Source: a virus (taxonomy: Duplodnaviria; Caudoviricetes). From it: a stretch of 64,000 nt of DNA. The DNA lies in IMG/VR virus record IMGVR_UViG_3300012020_000004, positions 18,921 to 82,920 of that record. The stretch is one strand, 5' to 3'. Under the pieces are notes generated by a model that saw nothing but the letters and a program-made list of their open reading frames with translations, ran no database searches and was not told the DNA's origin. Made by a program: the position numbers and the translations under genes. Positions 45,329 through 53,997 of the stretch are shown one piece after another (the stretch's first letter is position 1; every line of letters begins with the position of its first letter).

Positions 45329-45747
45329 CACATGTCCTCCGGGAGATCGCCGCTGGCTATGAACAACATGCAGTCCGAGCATACCACGTACGGAATGTAA
45401 TCGTAGGGCTCGTGGCGCACGGCGCTGACCGCGTACCGGTTGCCGGCCTTGCCCCCGCATAGCTCGCAGCACATCCACGTGAAGCCCTCGTCGCCATCGG
45501 GCATGCGCTCGTCACGCCACGCGATATAGGGTGGGAGATATGGGGCGTCATCGACCCCCTCCTCCATCTTGTCGAGCTGGTCGTGGCACCAGTTCCTGTA
45601 GTCGTCCCAGCTCAGGTTGTATTCGTCAGCGGGCCAGCCCGTGACAAGGTGGTAGCCCTGCTTGGCCAGGTTCTCAGCCTCTGCGCTGAAGCTCAGGTAC
45701 CACTCGCTGAGGCGCGGGTTCTCTTTCAGGTGTTCTTGCAGATCCAT
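45328..45747 (-). CDS. Hypothetical protein with zinc finger
   Basis: CELCGG...VCSDC. Confidence 0.65.
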   Translation of the reverse strand: MDLQEHLKENPRLSEWYLSFSAEAENLAKQGYHLVTGWPADEYNLSWDDYRNWCHDQLDKMEEGVDDAPYLPPYIAWRDERMPDGDEGFTWMCCELCGGKAGNRYAVSAVRHEPYDYIPYVVCSDCMLFIASGDLPEDM

Positions 45748-45750
45748 GGT

Positions 45751-45918
45751 TCAGTCCTCCACTTCTTCAACGTCGTCCAGGACGTTATGTGCGATGAGGC
45801 GCCCGTCGTCGTTGCTGATCTCGAACATGTAGTCCAGGCAGCCCGCGACCTCTTCCGCGGCAGTGGTGGCGTCCTCGGCCTCGATGGTGATCACAGCCGT
45901 GACTTCAAACGTTTTCAT
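45751..45918 (-). CDS. Small acidic protein (55 aa)
   Basis: MKTFEVTAVITIEAED...EEVED; flanked by two identical GGAGGACTGAACCATG junctions. Confidence 0.65.
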   Translation of the reverse strand: MKTFEVTAVITIEAEDATTAAEEVAGCLDYMFEISNDDGRLIAHNVLDDVEEVED

Positions 45919-45921
45919 GGT

Positions 45922-46263
45922 TCAGTCCTCCAGAAGGGTTTCAACCCAGTCGGCGTGGCGCTCCATCAGCGCCTCGAAGTCCTTGGGCCAGATAGGGTAG
46001 TTGCACACCACGTCCAAGCCGTTCCCAGTGATAAATTCCACCCAGGTGTGGCTCGAGCCTTCCTTCTTTATCCACAACGTGGACCACTCCACAGAGTCGA
46101 TAGCAGCAAGTGCCTCACTCCACGTTGGAGTAGGCAGCATGTCTTCGCCTCCGTCATCTACATCAACAGGTCTCCACCCCTCCTCCTCGAACATCTCGAA
46201 GAGCTTGGTCACGATCTTGACCTCGATGTCGCTCATGTTGTGCGGCGTGTAGTCAAGCTTCAC
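45922..46263 (-). CDS. Hypothetical protein
   Basis: GTG start after GGAGAG; ITGNGLDVVCNY motif. Confidence 0.6.
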   Translation of the reverse strand: MKLDYTPHNMSDIEVKIVTKLFEMFEEEGWRPVDVDDGGEDMLPTPTWSEALAAIDSVEWSTLWIKKEGSSHTWVEFITGNGLDVVCNYPIWPKDFEALMERHADWVETLLED

Positions 46264-46513
46264 CTTTCTCTCCTTCGAAGTAGCACTCCTTGCGTGCGCA
46301 GTCCAGCACGAACGGGTTCTCGGGGTTACGGAGCGCGACCTGAAGCGCGCCAATGAACGCATCAACATGCTTGGTCGGGATGCCGACGCAGAACAGGTCG
46401 TCGCCTGTGCCATCCCACTGTTCGATCAGCACCCCGCTCTCATAGGCCGTGATGACCACGGGCTGAAAGACATCGAGTTGGCTGCAGTCCAGTTCACGGT
46501 CAAATTCAATCAT
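46253..46513 (-). CDS. Hypothetical protein
   Basis: 86 aa, GAGGAG SD. Confidence 0.55.
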   Translation of the reverse strand: MIEFDRELDCSQLDVFQPVVITAYESGVLIEQWDGTGDDLFCVGIPTKHVDAFIGALQVALRNPENPFVLDCARKECYFEGEKGEA

Positions 46514-46739
46514 CTTCGTTCTCCTCTTCGTCAAGTTGCCAGTCAATGGTCTCGTTCCAGAAGGCCAACGAGCACTCATCCATCATGAACCGGGTAGTGT
46601 CCGCCCAGGTATCGTCTAGGTAGTTGCGCAGCATGTGGCTGAGCAACGCCTCGCCCAGGTTAGCCTTCAGTTTGAGTTGGTCGTACTCCTCTTTGTCAAT
46701 GAGGATGTTTCCGCCAGTCAGTTCAGTCATGAGAATCAC
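46506..46739 (-). CDS. Hypothetical acidic protein
   Basis: 77 aa. Confidence 0.55.
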   Translation of the reverse strand: MILMTELTGGNILIDKEEYDQLKLKANLGEALLSHMLRNYLDDTWADTTRFMMDECSLAFWNETIDWQLDEEENEDD

Positions 46740-46975
46740 CAGTCGTAGGTTTTAAGTCCAGGCACAGGGTCAGCGTCACAGTCTAGCCGAATCCACTCGT
46801 ACCCTGCGGGCCGGAAGTGCTCGACAAGGTCGTCGTACCACTCCAGACCCCAGCCGTGGTCGGGGTCCAGGTACAGGAACCACCCGAACTCGTACTCGGC
46901 GCAGAACATGCCCTTCACAGCGTCGGGGCCGGGTAGGTGCGCCGTCGAGATGACCGGAATGTTCATAGTCTCCAT
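46736..46975 (-). CDS. DUF5983-like hypothetical protein
   Basis: VISTAHL...EFGWF...WIRLDCDA..VPGL.TYDW. Confidence 0.6.
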   Translation of the reverse strand: METMNIPVISTAHLPGPDAVKGMFCAEYEFGWFLYLDPDHGWGLEWYDDLVEHFRPAGYEWIRLDCDADPVPGLKTYDW

Positions 46976-46978
46976 GGT

Positions 46979-47335
46979 TCAGTCCTCCCCATACATGTCT
47001 TCGAGGATGGCCTTAACGTCCTCACGCTCGGGCAAAACTATCCACTCGGTGCAGTCCAGATAGCCGGGTGCGTTCATGCGCCCGCCCCAGCCCTCGACCA
47101 GGGTGAGGTCGTAGATGTCGGTGCGGTCGGCCTCCACGTAGTCTTCGAGGTCATAGACCAGGGCCTTGAGGTTGCTATCCTCCTCGAGGTTGTACCACTC
47201 CACCTCGTAGGCCACGCCTTGCTTCAGGAACGTGGGGCCTACGGGGTCCTCGGGGAGCCACCACGTACCCTTCGTGGTGTCCACGCGGAGCCACAGGCCG
47301 TGGACGATTTCAGGTTGCATGAATGACATGGTCAC
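46979..47335 (-). CDS. Hypothetical acidic protein
   Basis: GWGGRMNAPGYLDCTEW motif. Confidence 0.65.
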   Translation of the reverse strand: MTMSFMQPEIVHGLWLRVDTTKGTWWLPEDPVGPTFLKQGVAYEVEWYNLEEDSNLKALVYDLEDYVEADRTDIYDLTLVEGWGGRMNAPGYLDCTEWIVLPEREDVKAILEDMYGED

Positions 47336-47514
47336 TTACCTCCGTAGATCGTGGTTTCACACGTTTGAAGAATGGCGTACATGTAGAGGCCGATGCTCTT
47401 AGCGAACTTATCGGCATCTTCGAAGGACGTGAACTGCTTTGCACGCCGAATGGATTGAACGGGCCTGCCCTCGCCAGTGTAGCCGGTGTGAGTGCAGATG
47501 TAGTACAGGGCCAT
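47332..47514 (-). CDS. Hypothetical protein
   Basis: 60 aa. Confidence 0.55.
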   Translation of the reverse strand: MALYYICTHTGYTGEGRPVQSIRRAKQFTSFEDADKFAKSIGLYMYAILQTCETTIYGGK

Positions 47515-47523
47515 GTTGTGTCC

Positions 47524-47751
47524 TTATTTAAGGGTTGCTTTCCAGGCCAGCGCTTCGCTGATCTCGCCGTTGCGCTGCATGTTGTCGATGAAGAATACCC
47601 ATGCCATACGGACGTCGGCGGGGTAGTCGTTCTGGTCCGCGTACTTGTAGAAGGGCTTGCCGTTGCGCGACATCTTGCTCACGGTCTTGCGCTTGTACGT
47701 GGGGTGCTGCTCCCAGAACTGGGCGCGCAGCTCACTGAGTGTCTTGATCAT
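47524..47751 (-). CDS. Hypothetical protein
   Basis: 75 aa; LRAQFW...D.RMAW..FID...RNG.IS..LA..ATL. Confidence 0.65.
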   Translation of the reverse strand: MIKTLSELRAQFWEQHPTYKRKTVSKMSRNGKPFYKYADQNDYPADVRMAWVFFIDNMQRNGEISEALAWKATLK

Positions 47752-47999
47752 TTGGCTTTCTCCTTGTTGCGCTGGAACTTGCTGACCTCTTTCTCGGCAT
47801 CCTCTTCCGTAACCTCGAGGATCTCTCGGCAGCCGAAGCTGGAGTCAACGAACTTCTGGTAGACCACAGACTTGGCACAGTCACGTAGGGCGCGGGCCAG
47901 CGCCCGCGCCTGCTTGGCTGTTAGGTAGGTGGTGCTCCCGTTGCCCACATAGATGGCTACCTTGTTGTGGAATCGGTGAACGCTTGCAAGAGTTTTCAT
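47748..47999 (-). CDS. Hypothetical protein
   Basis: 83 aa. Confidence 0.55.
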   Translation of the reverse strand: MKTLASVHRFHNKVAIYVGNGSTTYLTAKQARALARALRDCAKSVVYQKFVDSSFGCREILEVTEEDAEKEVSKFQRNKEKAK

Positions 48000-48001
48000 G
48001 C

Positions 48002-48193
48002 TCATTCTCCTGTGAAAGTTTCCTTGATCCACCACTGGGCCTGCTTGAGGGGCTTGCCGGTGATCGGGTGGTATTCCAGGCACTCGGCGTATGCTTCCCA
48101 ACCCTTGGGGGCCTCGTGACACCTCACGTCATACCCTCCTGAGTGCTTGCGCCACCGTGTGGCGCCCAACTCATAGCTCCAGGTTGTCATCAC
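48002..48193 (-). CDS. Hypothetical protein
   Basis: 63 aa, coupled. Confidence 0.5.
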   Translation of the reverse strand: MMTTWSYELGATRWRKHSGGYDVRCHEAPKGWEAYAECLEYHPITGKPLKQAQWWIKETFTGE

Positions 48194-48396
48194 TGTCTCC
48201 CCCGCACGCGGTCAGCGTACTCTTTGCCCCACACGCCGGCATTCCAGTGGTACTGGCACTTGCCCGCGCCCCGGATAAGGCCGGGAATGCCGGGCTCGCC
48301 GCAAATCGTGCAGGGGTTCTTGACCCTGCTCTTAACCCGTGAGCCCTTAGAGGGCGTGATGGGTGTTTGCTTTTTTCCGGCCGGACCATAGTCCAT
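48190..48396 (-). CDS. Small zinc-finger protein
   Basis: CTICG...GKCQYHW. Confidence 0.55.
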   Translation of the reverse strand: MDYGPAGKKQTPITPSKGSRVKSRVKNPCTICGEPGIPGLIRGAGKCQYHWNAGVWGKEYADRVRGRQ

Positions 48397-48399
48397 GTC

Positions 48400-48903
48400 T
48401 CAGCCCTCCTTGGCGTACAGCGCCTCGACCCCAGGCAGCGAACCGGTGAAGCTCCAGTCCGCGTCCTCATACCCAGGGAGGCGCGAGATCGCCTCGCCCA
48501 TGATCCAGTCAAGTTGGCGTGCGGCCAGCGTCATCGGCCAGTCCTCCGTCTCGCAGCTCTGGTAGTCCAGGCTGCGCACCAGCTTGAGTACCTGCACGGG
48601 CTCGAGCACGTCTTCAGCCATCACGATCACGCCGCCTAGCCGCTTGGCGAAGTGGCCGGCGTAGATCTGGCACGCCTCCACGATGTCCGCGTCCTTGAGG
48701 CAAGGGCCGGGGCGTTGGCCATCCTTGTCGTCCGGGTACCGGTGCGCCACACTGCGGATGTTCTCCAGGACCAAGCCCTTGGCCACGTTCTGGGCCGTGA
48801 GGATGTTGTCGCTCATACGCCACTCGTAGATGGCGCAGTCGTTGACAGCGGCATAGGCGGCGAGGACGCCGATGTGTTCCGGGTTTACGATATACGCGCT
48901 CAT
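48400..48903 (-). CDS. Conserved-looking phage hypothetical protein
   Basis: MSAYIV..HI, NIRSV..RY, SLDYQSCE..DW. Confidence 0.7.
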   Translation of the reverse strand: MSAYIVNPEHIGVLAAYAAVNDCAIYEWRMSDNILTAQNVAKGLVLENIRSVAHRYPDDKDGQRPGPCLKDADIVEACQIYAGHFAKRLGGVIVMAEDVLEPVQVLKLVRSLDYQSCETEDWPMTLAARQLDWIMGEAISRLPGYEDADWSFTGSLPGVEALYAKEG

Positions 48904-48904
48904 T

Positions 48905-49540
48905 TCAATCTCCTTTATTCCAGGTTCTTCCGTTTTTGACGTGATTAACAGCTTCCCGACTTACACCTAGCTCTTCTGCAATTACCCTGTCAGGGCGCTT
49001 GTCGTTTCGTATGCGCTCGGCCAGATCTTCGTTAAGCCTCACTGCATTGGTGTTTCTACCCTGTTCTTTGCGTGTAGCCCACCTGCAGTTTCCAGGCTCA
49101 TAGTTGCCGTCTTTGTTTGGGAACCTGTCTAAACTAGTGCCCTCTGGGCGCTTCCCCATATCCTGTAGGAAGTTCTCGAAAGTTCTCCACCTGTCACAGA
49201 CCTTGATCCCTCTCCCTCCATACAACCCATAGGACTTAAGCCTTGGGTTAGTGCATCGCTGCACCATGCAGGACCAGCTCTCATACTCTGGGGAGCCGTA
49301 CTGGCCGTGTTTAAGCCGACTCTTCCCTAGGGCCCTCGCCTGCGCCCTACCTTGGCACCCACATGAAGTGGAGTTGCCTGACTTAATGTCTGCTAGTTGC
49401 ACAACCTTAACTGTTCCACAGGAACACTCAACTAAAACAGCTCGCTTAGGGCCACTACCAGTGACTATGTCGTCAGCTTCTGACATAACTGTTAGCAGCC
49501 CGAACTTTTCTCCTAACGGAGCGGGCTTCCTTGGTCTCAT
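48905..49540 (-). CDS. HNH homing endonuclease
   Basis: FGLLTV..CSCG..SCGC; EYESW..MVQRC; YGGRGIKVCDRW; SLDRFPNKDGNYEPGNCRW. Confidence 0.9.
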   Translation of the reverse strand: MRPRKPAPLGEKFGLLTVMSEADDIVTGSGPKRAVLVECSCGTVKVVQLADIKSGNSTSCGCQGRAQARALGKSRLKHGQYGSPEYESWSCMVQRCTNPRLKSYGLYGGRGIKVCDRWRTFENFLQDMGKRPEGTSLDRFPNKDGNYEPGNCRWATRKEQGRNTNAVRLNEDLAERIRNDKRPDRVIAEELGVSREAVNHVKNGRTWNKGD

Positions 49541-49722
49541 GATTGTTGCTCCTCCTCAAGATCAATAATGGTCCCAACGCCATTGGCGTCGATGACTTCA
49601 AACACGTTAGCGGTGCTGTCCGGGCGTCGCATGTGGCCCCAGGCCTTCTCCGCGGCCTCACGTGGTGAGTCGGCGTAGATGTCGATTTCCCACGTAACTA
49701 GGTATCTTTGTGTGGCTTTCAT
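49537..49722 (-). CDS. Hypothetical protein
   Basis: YLVTWEIDIYADSPREAA motif. Confidence 0.65.
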   Translation of the reverse strand: MKATQRYLVTWEIDIYADSPREAAEKAWGHMRRPDSTANVFEVIDANGVGTIIDLEEEQQS

Positions 49723-50033
49723 ACCTTGATCTCCTCGATCATTGCACTCACATCGACAGGCCCGCCATCGCCCCGATGCCCGTAGATCAGGTCCAGGAGT
49801 TGCTCGACCTCACACTTGCCGAAGTGCCAGTGCCCTTTCCCCGCGGAAGGCGCTCCCGACGCCTCACTCATGAGGTACAGGGCGTACAGCTTGGCCACCT
49901 TTCGGGTCACCTGAGCCTCAACGACCCTGACCCCGGCATTGAACACTTCAATCTCGTACTGCCTGGCCTCGTTCGGGGAAACGAACAGCTCTCCGTCAAT
50001 GGCTTGGTACATTTCTGCCATCACTTTCTTCAT
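49719..50033 (-). CDS. Hypothetical protein
   Basis: 104 aa; YQAIDG.LF....EA..YE. Confidence 0.6.
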   Translation of the reverse strand: MKKVMAEMYQAIDGELFVSPNEARQYEIEVFNAGVRVVEAQVTRKVAKLYALYLMSEASGAPSAGKGHWHFGKCEVEQLLDLIYGHRGDGGPVDVSAMIEEIKV

Positions 50034-50407
50034 GATTGCTCTCCTAGCCTGCCAAGGTCGACAGTCAGGGTCTCGTCCCCATGCTTGGCGTACCACTCCA
50101 ACCAGCACGAGTACCTTGTCACGTAGAGGCCACCAAAGCGCCACGTGCAGTCCCACTCCTCGCGGACATACAGCATCTCTCCGTCCTCGTCGACCCCGAT
50201 CACGTGCATGTCGAAGTCAGTGGTCGTGTCCAGGAAGAGGGATACGTCCCCCACATACCCAAAACACACCTTGTCGATGTTGGGGTGTGCTTTGAAAATG
50301 GTGTCAGCCTCCCTCTGGTACTCGTCGTAGTAGCTCGGGTCCACAAGAACGGCACAAGGGTCGGCGCACCACTCGGTGCCGCCGTAGGTTCTCAGGATTT
50401 TCATCAC
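50030..50407 (-). CDS. Hypothetical protein
   Basis: 125 aa, coupled. Confidence 0.6.
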   Translation of the reverse strand: MMKILRTYGGTEWCADPCAVLVDPSYYDEYQREADTIFKAHPNIDKVCFGYVGDVSLFLDTTTDFDMHVIGVDEDGEMLYVREEWDCTWRFGGLYVTRYSCWLEWYAKHGDETLTVDLGRLGEQS

Positions 50408-50580
50408 TCATACCTCCTGGCCGCAGCCTCATAGTCCAGCTTAGACACGAACATGGAGTGCGTAGGCCGACCAGCTCTGGCCGCGTCACGAATAAACTTC
50501 CCACACTGATACCGAGATCCAGTAAAGACCGTTTTCAGGTACCTGCAATTGCCAAAGCAGTGAGCATAGACGTGGTACAT
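50404..50580 (-). CDS. Small hypothetical protein (58 aa)
   Basis: MYHVYAHCFGNCRYL...; fills gap between coupled ORFs. Confidence 0.5.
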   Translation of the reverse strand: MYHVYAHCFGNCRYLKTVFTGSRYQCGKFIRDAARAGRPTHSMFVSKLDYEAAARRYE

Positions 50581-50583
50581 GAT

Positions 50584-50829
50584 TCATTCCCTCCACTCAA
50601 GTTCGTCTTCCGTCCAGTGGGCGTCCGTGTAGTTGCTCCGGTCGTAGTTCCACATCACGAACTCCTGCAGCTCGTAGCCGCCCATCTCCAGCATGCCCCC
50701 GGAGACCGGGATGGTCCCCGTGATGCCCCGGGCGTGGTCCCGGAACTTGACCTCGTGGTCACGTTGGATAGCTGTGATGGGTTGGCCCGTAGGGCTGTAG
50801 GCGCGGCTTGTGTTGAATTGGATTCGCAT
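50584..50829 (-). CDS. Hypothetical protein
   Basis: FNTSRAYSPTGQPI...F.D..RGI.G...YD..NY. Confidence 0.65.
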   Translation of the reverse strand: MRIQFNTSRAYSPTGQPITAIQRDHEVKFRDHARGITGTIPVSGGMLEMGGYELQEFVMWNYDRSNYTDAHWTEDELEWRE

Positions 50830-50833
50830 GTTC

Positions 50834-51064
50834 TCAGTCCTTCAGGTCGCACTCACTAATCCAGCAGCTTTCATACTCCTGCGTTTCCTCAAAGTACATG
50901 TCAGCGAGCTCGTCCCTGTCCTCAGGTTCCTCAAGGTGTGGGCACTCCACGCTGAACCAGGCCTCAGCAATCAATCGCCGCTTCTCCTCCGCCCGCTCTC
51001 TTGTTGTGAAGACATACACGTCATCGCCGTAGTTATGGTTCCATACCAGCACGTAGACTTTCAT
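50834..51064 (-). CDS. Hypothetical acidic protein
   Basis: MKVYVLVW, 76 aa. Confidence 0.6.
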   Translation of the reverse strand: MKVYVLVWNHNYGDDVYVFTTRERAEEKRRLIAEAWFSVECPHLEEPEDRDELADMYFEETQEYESCWISECDLKD

Positions 51065-51075
51065 GGGTTTAGTCC

Positions 51076-51252
51076 TCACCTGTTGTAGCCCTTGCGGGGC
51101 GGCTGGCCATAGAAAAGGGTGCGTTCATAGACCTCCACGACATCCCAGAGCCGTGCTGCGTCCACGAACCTCTCTGCATTTTCTTCGTCTGCGAAGACTG
51201 CGAGCACCCTCCCAGGAGAGTTATTGATGTCCACCACTAAATAGACTTTCAT
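51076..51252 (-). CDS. Hypothetical protein
   Basis: MKVYLVVD...VLAVF.DEE.AE. Confidence 0.6.
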   Translation of the reverse strand: MKVYLVVDINNSPGRVLAVFADEENAERFVDAARLWDVVEVYERTLFYGQPPRKGYNR

Positions 51253-51460
51253 GTTCTCGGTCCTCCAGCAAGTCAACAGGGCTACCCCTGTCGCTGGCCT
51301 CACAGGTATTGCAAAGCCAGAAGATCGGGTCAGCCTCCTCGTCAAGGTGTCCCGGGGACAAGTCGTAGCTCGTGTCCTCCCTGCACCATATGGGCAGGGC
51401 GATCTCCACGTCCTTGCTGCCACAGTTGGGGCAGGCCCAGCGCGAATCTTCGTGGTCCAT
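51221..51460 (-). CDS. Small zinc-ribbon protein
   Basis: CPNCGSKDV...CNTCE. Confidence 0.6.
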   Translation of the reverse strand: MDHEDSRWACPNCGSKDVEIALPIWCREDTSYDLSPGHLDEEADPIFWLCNTCEASDRGSPVDLLEDREHESLFSGGHQ

Positions 51461-51462
51461 GT

Positions 51463-51648
51463 CTAGTCCTCCAGGGTTTTGCCTTCGCAGGTCAGGGCGT
51501 GGAATATGCACTCCCCCAGCTCGTGAGCGGCCTCCACGTAACTGAGACGGCTAACGACATGCGCACCATACTTGACTCTATACGTCTTCTCCCCACGCTC
51601 CACCGTAATGGGGTACGCGAGGCTATTGAGTGTAAAGATTGTTTCCAT
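51463..51648 (-). CDS. Hypothetical protein
   Basis: YGAHV...LSY.EAAHELGECIFHAL.CEG. Confidence 0.6.
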   Translation of the reverse strand: METIFTLNSLAYPITVERGEKTYRVKYGAHVVSRLSYVEAAHELGECIFHALTCEGKTLED

Positions 51649-51652
51649 GGTC

Positions 51653-51862
51653 TCAGTCATCCTTCATCTCGAGTTCCCGCATGAACCTGGCGCAAATGGC
51701 AGCAAGGTCCGCACCTGACCCTAGTACCTCCTGCACAATGTCGAAGGCCGCTTGCACGCCTGCGTCCCAGCCTTTGTCGAACTGTTCATCGAGCAGTTCG
51801 TTGTAGCTCCTATCGACCAGCGAATATGCTGGCAGTGTCACGGTGTCTTCTTCCTTCATCAC
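51653..51862 (-). CDS. Hypothetical protein
   Basis: 69 aa. Confidence 0.5.
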   Translation of the reverse strand: MMKEEDTVTLPAYSLVDRSYNELLDEQFDKGWDAGVQAAFDIVQEVLGSGADLAAICARFMRELEMKDD

Positions 51863-51871
51863 TCATCCTCC

Positions 51872-52213
51872 TCACTTCATGCTATTGACGCGGTACTTGT
51901 TGATCCAGCGCTGAGCGACACGCTCGCTTCGCACGAGGGCGGACTGAAGCTCTTTCAGCGTGTTCGCCTGAATGTAGAACATCACGTCTCCGTACTCCTG
52001 CTTCTCACGCACGTCGATGGACTTGCTCCTCTTGAACTCCTTCTTTAGCATGTCCCACAGGCGATCCGTGTAGGTTGTGGATACGTGATAGTGATGGCGT
52101 GGGTTGCCATTGCGATCATCAGCGGCACTCAGCACGAACTCCAGCCGGCTACCGTGCTTGGTTTCGATAGCGATCCAGGCCCCGAATGAGTAGGTGCTGG
52201 TGGCCGACATCAC
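51872..52213 (-). CDS. Hypothetical protein
   Basis: 113 aa, coupled. Confidence 0.55.
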   Translation of the reverse strand: MMSATSTYSFGAWIAIETKHGSRLEFVLSAADDRNGNPRHHYHVSTTYTDRLWDMLKKEFKRSKSIDVREKQEYGDVMFYIQANTLKELQSALVRSERVAQRWINKYRVNSMK

Positions 52214-52644
52214 TCATCCTCCTCTTTCATGCCGAGCCAGCGGCCCATCGTCACGAACGCCACCGTCAAGGTGGCGAACAGGTGGTTGCGGGCCCATGCC
52301 GCTGCTGCCGCAACGAGCAGCCACAGGCTGCTGGGCTCGGGCACATTGCGTGCCGGAGCCTCGAAGGGGTTGCGCGTTGGCGCCTCGAACGTGATGACGG
52401 GGTGGTCATCGAACACGATGCAGTCCTTGCCCCGTGTGTCGCAGGGCGGCAGGGTGACGTGGTTGGGCTTGCTCAGGCCCGCATAGACGGGCGTCGGCTC
52501 CCACGTCGGGCGCACGCCCTGGCTCAGTTCTTCAGGTGCGGCCAGCGACACAGCGACCACGCTGCCCATGATGAGTGCGGCCATCGCGGCGGCACCCGAG
52601 ACCACACCTTTCCAGAAGGTGCGGCGGTGAAGTAAGGGTTTCAT
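52210..52644 (-). CDS. Exported protein with Tat-like signal and PEP-CTERM-like motif
   Basis: HRRTFWKG plus hydrophobic h-region; VPEPSSLWLLVAAAAAWAR near the C-terminus. Confidence 0.65.
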   Translation of the reverse strand: MKPLLHRRTFWKGVVSGAAAMAALIMGSVVAVSLAAPEELSQGVRPTWEPTPVYAGLSKPNHVTLPPCDTRGKDCIVFDDHPVITFEAPTRNPFEAPARNVPEPSSLWLLVAAAAAWARNHLFATLTVAFVTMGRWLGMKEEDE

Positions 52645-52663
52645 GGTCGGTACTCCGTGCATG

Positions 52664-53158
52664 CTAGTGGTTCCAGAAGTAGTAGCCGTCGTGCTCAGTG
52701 AAGTCGCCGCCGATACGCAAGTCGTTCGCGTATTTCTCGTAGTCGAAGTAGCAGCGCGCCCAATCAGGAATCTCCTCAAGCTGGCCGATTTCTTCGAGTA
52801 GTTCTTCGGCCATGTGCTCCCACGAATCGTACTCGCCTCGGTAGCGCTCGTTGAAGTCGTTCTCGTTCCACTCACCGAAGCAGTAGCAGTACGCGTTCGC
52901 CGCGTCTTCATCGTACTTCTCGTAGGCGTCGAGTAGGAACCAGCACTCAGGGCTGACGTGTGACTCGCTGATCATGTCGCTCGGGATGCCTTCCCAGTCC
53001 TGGAACATGAACTCAGGGTCTTCCTCGTCAGCGTGTAGTTTTGCACACGCTTCGTAGAATTCGTCACGGTCGGTGTAGGCTTCAAGATCGAGCCACTTGC
53101 CGAACAGATTGCCGTCGTTGTACTTGGCGTACGTGCCAACATAGGTTCGCATGGTCAC
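52664..53158 (-). CDS. ardA: Antirestriction protein ArdA
   Basis: YVGTYAKYNDGNLFGKWLDL, EFMFQDWEGIP, YFDYEKYANDL; very acidic. Confidence 0.9.
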   Translation of the reverse strand: MTMRTYVGTYAKYNDGNLFGKWLDLEAYTDRDEFYEACAKLHADEEDPEFMFQDWEGIPSDMISESHVSPECWFLLDAYEKYDEDAANAYCYCFGEWNENDFNERYRGEYDSWEHMAEELLEEIGQLEEIPDWARCYFDYEKYANDLRIGGDFTEHDGYYFWNH

Positions 53159-53481
53159 TCCTCTGTATCAGGAAGCTTGATCAAAAAAGAGAACAGGCGA
53201 TGCGTCTCATCTTTCAGCCGCGCAACCTCCTCGTCGTTGTTCTGAATCGTGTCAAGCAAGTCCTGCTTTACCTGTGCCCATGCCGCCGCTTCCGACTCGA
53301 AGTAGTCGCGCGGAGAACCCTGAAACGTGCGGCCGTCGCTGCCCTTCGCCGTGATCGACACACCACTGCAACCCGGCAAGATTCCTTCACGCAGAACCTC
53401 GATGGGCGTCACTGTGCAGTGGGAGAATTGATTTTGATCGCTGTCTTTGTAGTGCCAGTTGATTTCGTAGAGGGTTTTCAT
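53155..53481 (-). CDS. Hypothetical protein
   Basis: 108 aa, coupled. Confidence 0.6.
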   Translation of the reverse strand: MKTLYEINWHYKDSDQNQFSHCTVTPIEVLREGILPGCSGVSITAKGSDGRTFQGSPRDYFESEAAAWAQVKQDLLDTIQNNDEEVARLKDETHRLFSFLIKLPDTEE

Positions 53482-53717
53482 TCCAGCACCTCCTTCAGTG
53501 TGTTCCGCACCTCCTCGTCAGCGCGGAGACGCCCGCACAGCGCCAGCAGGTAGGAGTAGGTCTCGTGCTTCATCTGCCCGGACTCTTCCAAGGCGGTGAT
53601 GTAACCAGTCATGTAGCACTCGTTGCGCTCAGTCGGAAACTTGGCGTATTTCCTGAGCACCCGTATCAGCCGAGGTGAGAGACGCCCAAGGGTGCGGCTC
53701 AAAAGTTGTTTGTCCAC
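53478..53717 (-). CDS. Hypothetical protein
   Basis: GTG start after GGAGAAGAGC, 79 aa. Confidence 0.55.
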   Translation of the reverse strand: MDKQLLSRTLGRLSPRLIRVLRKYAKFPTERNECYMTGYITALEESGQMKHETYSYLLALCGRLRADEEVRNTLKEVLE

Positions 53718-53727
53718 GCTCTTCTCC

Positions 53728-53997
53728 TTACATGCCGTGGGCGCTGAGCCACGAGGGCTCCAGCACAGGCTCCTGTGGGTTGACGTACCAAATCTCGCTG
53801 ACCCGAACGCTGTTCGTGAAGCTCTCGCCCTTGAAGATGGCCCAGGCGATATAGCCCCGCTTCTTGCACTCCTTGGCGGCGATCTCACCGATGGTCCTGG
53901 ACTTGAGTCGAGCGTCGATGATGACGACCGAGCGGTCGCCGCAGGCTTCGACAAGGTTGCCGCTGAGGCCGTAGTGGTAGAACTGTGCGTAGATCAT
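53728..53997 (-). CDS. Hypothetical protein
   Basis: YAQFY....EACGDRSVVIIDAR. Confidence 0.65.
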   Translation of the reverse strand: MIYAQFYHYGLSGNLVEACGDRSVVIIDARLKSRTIGEIAAKECKKRGYIAWAIFKGESFTNSVRVSEIWYVNPQEPVLEPSWLSAHGM

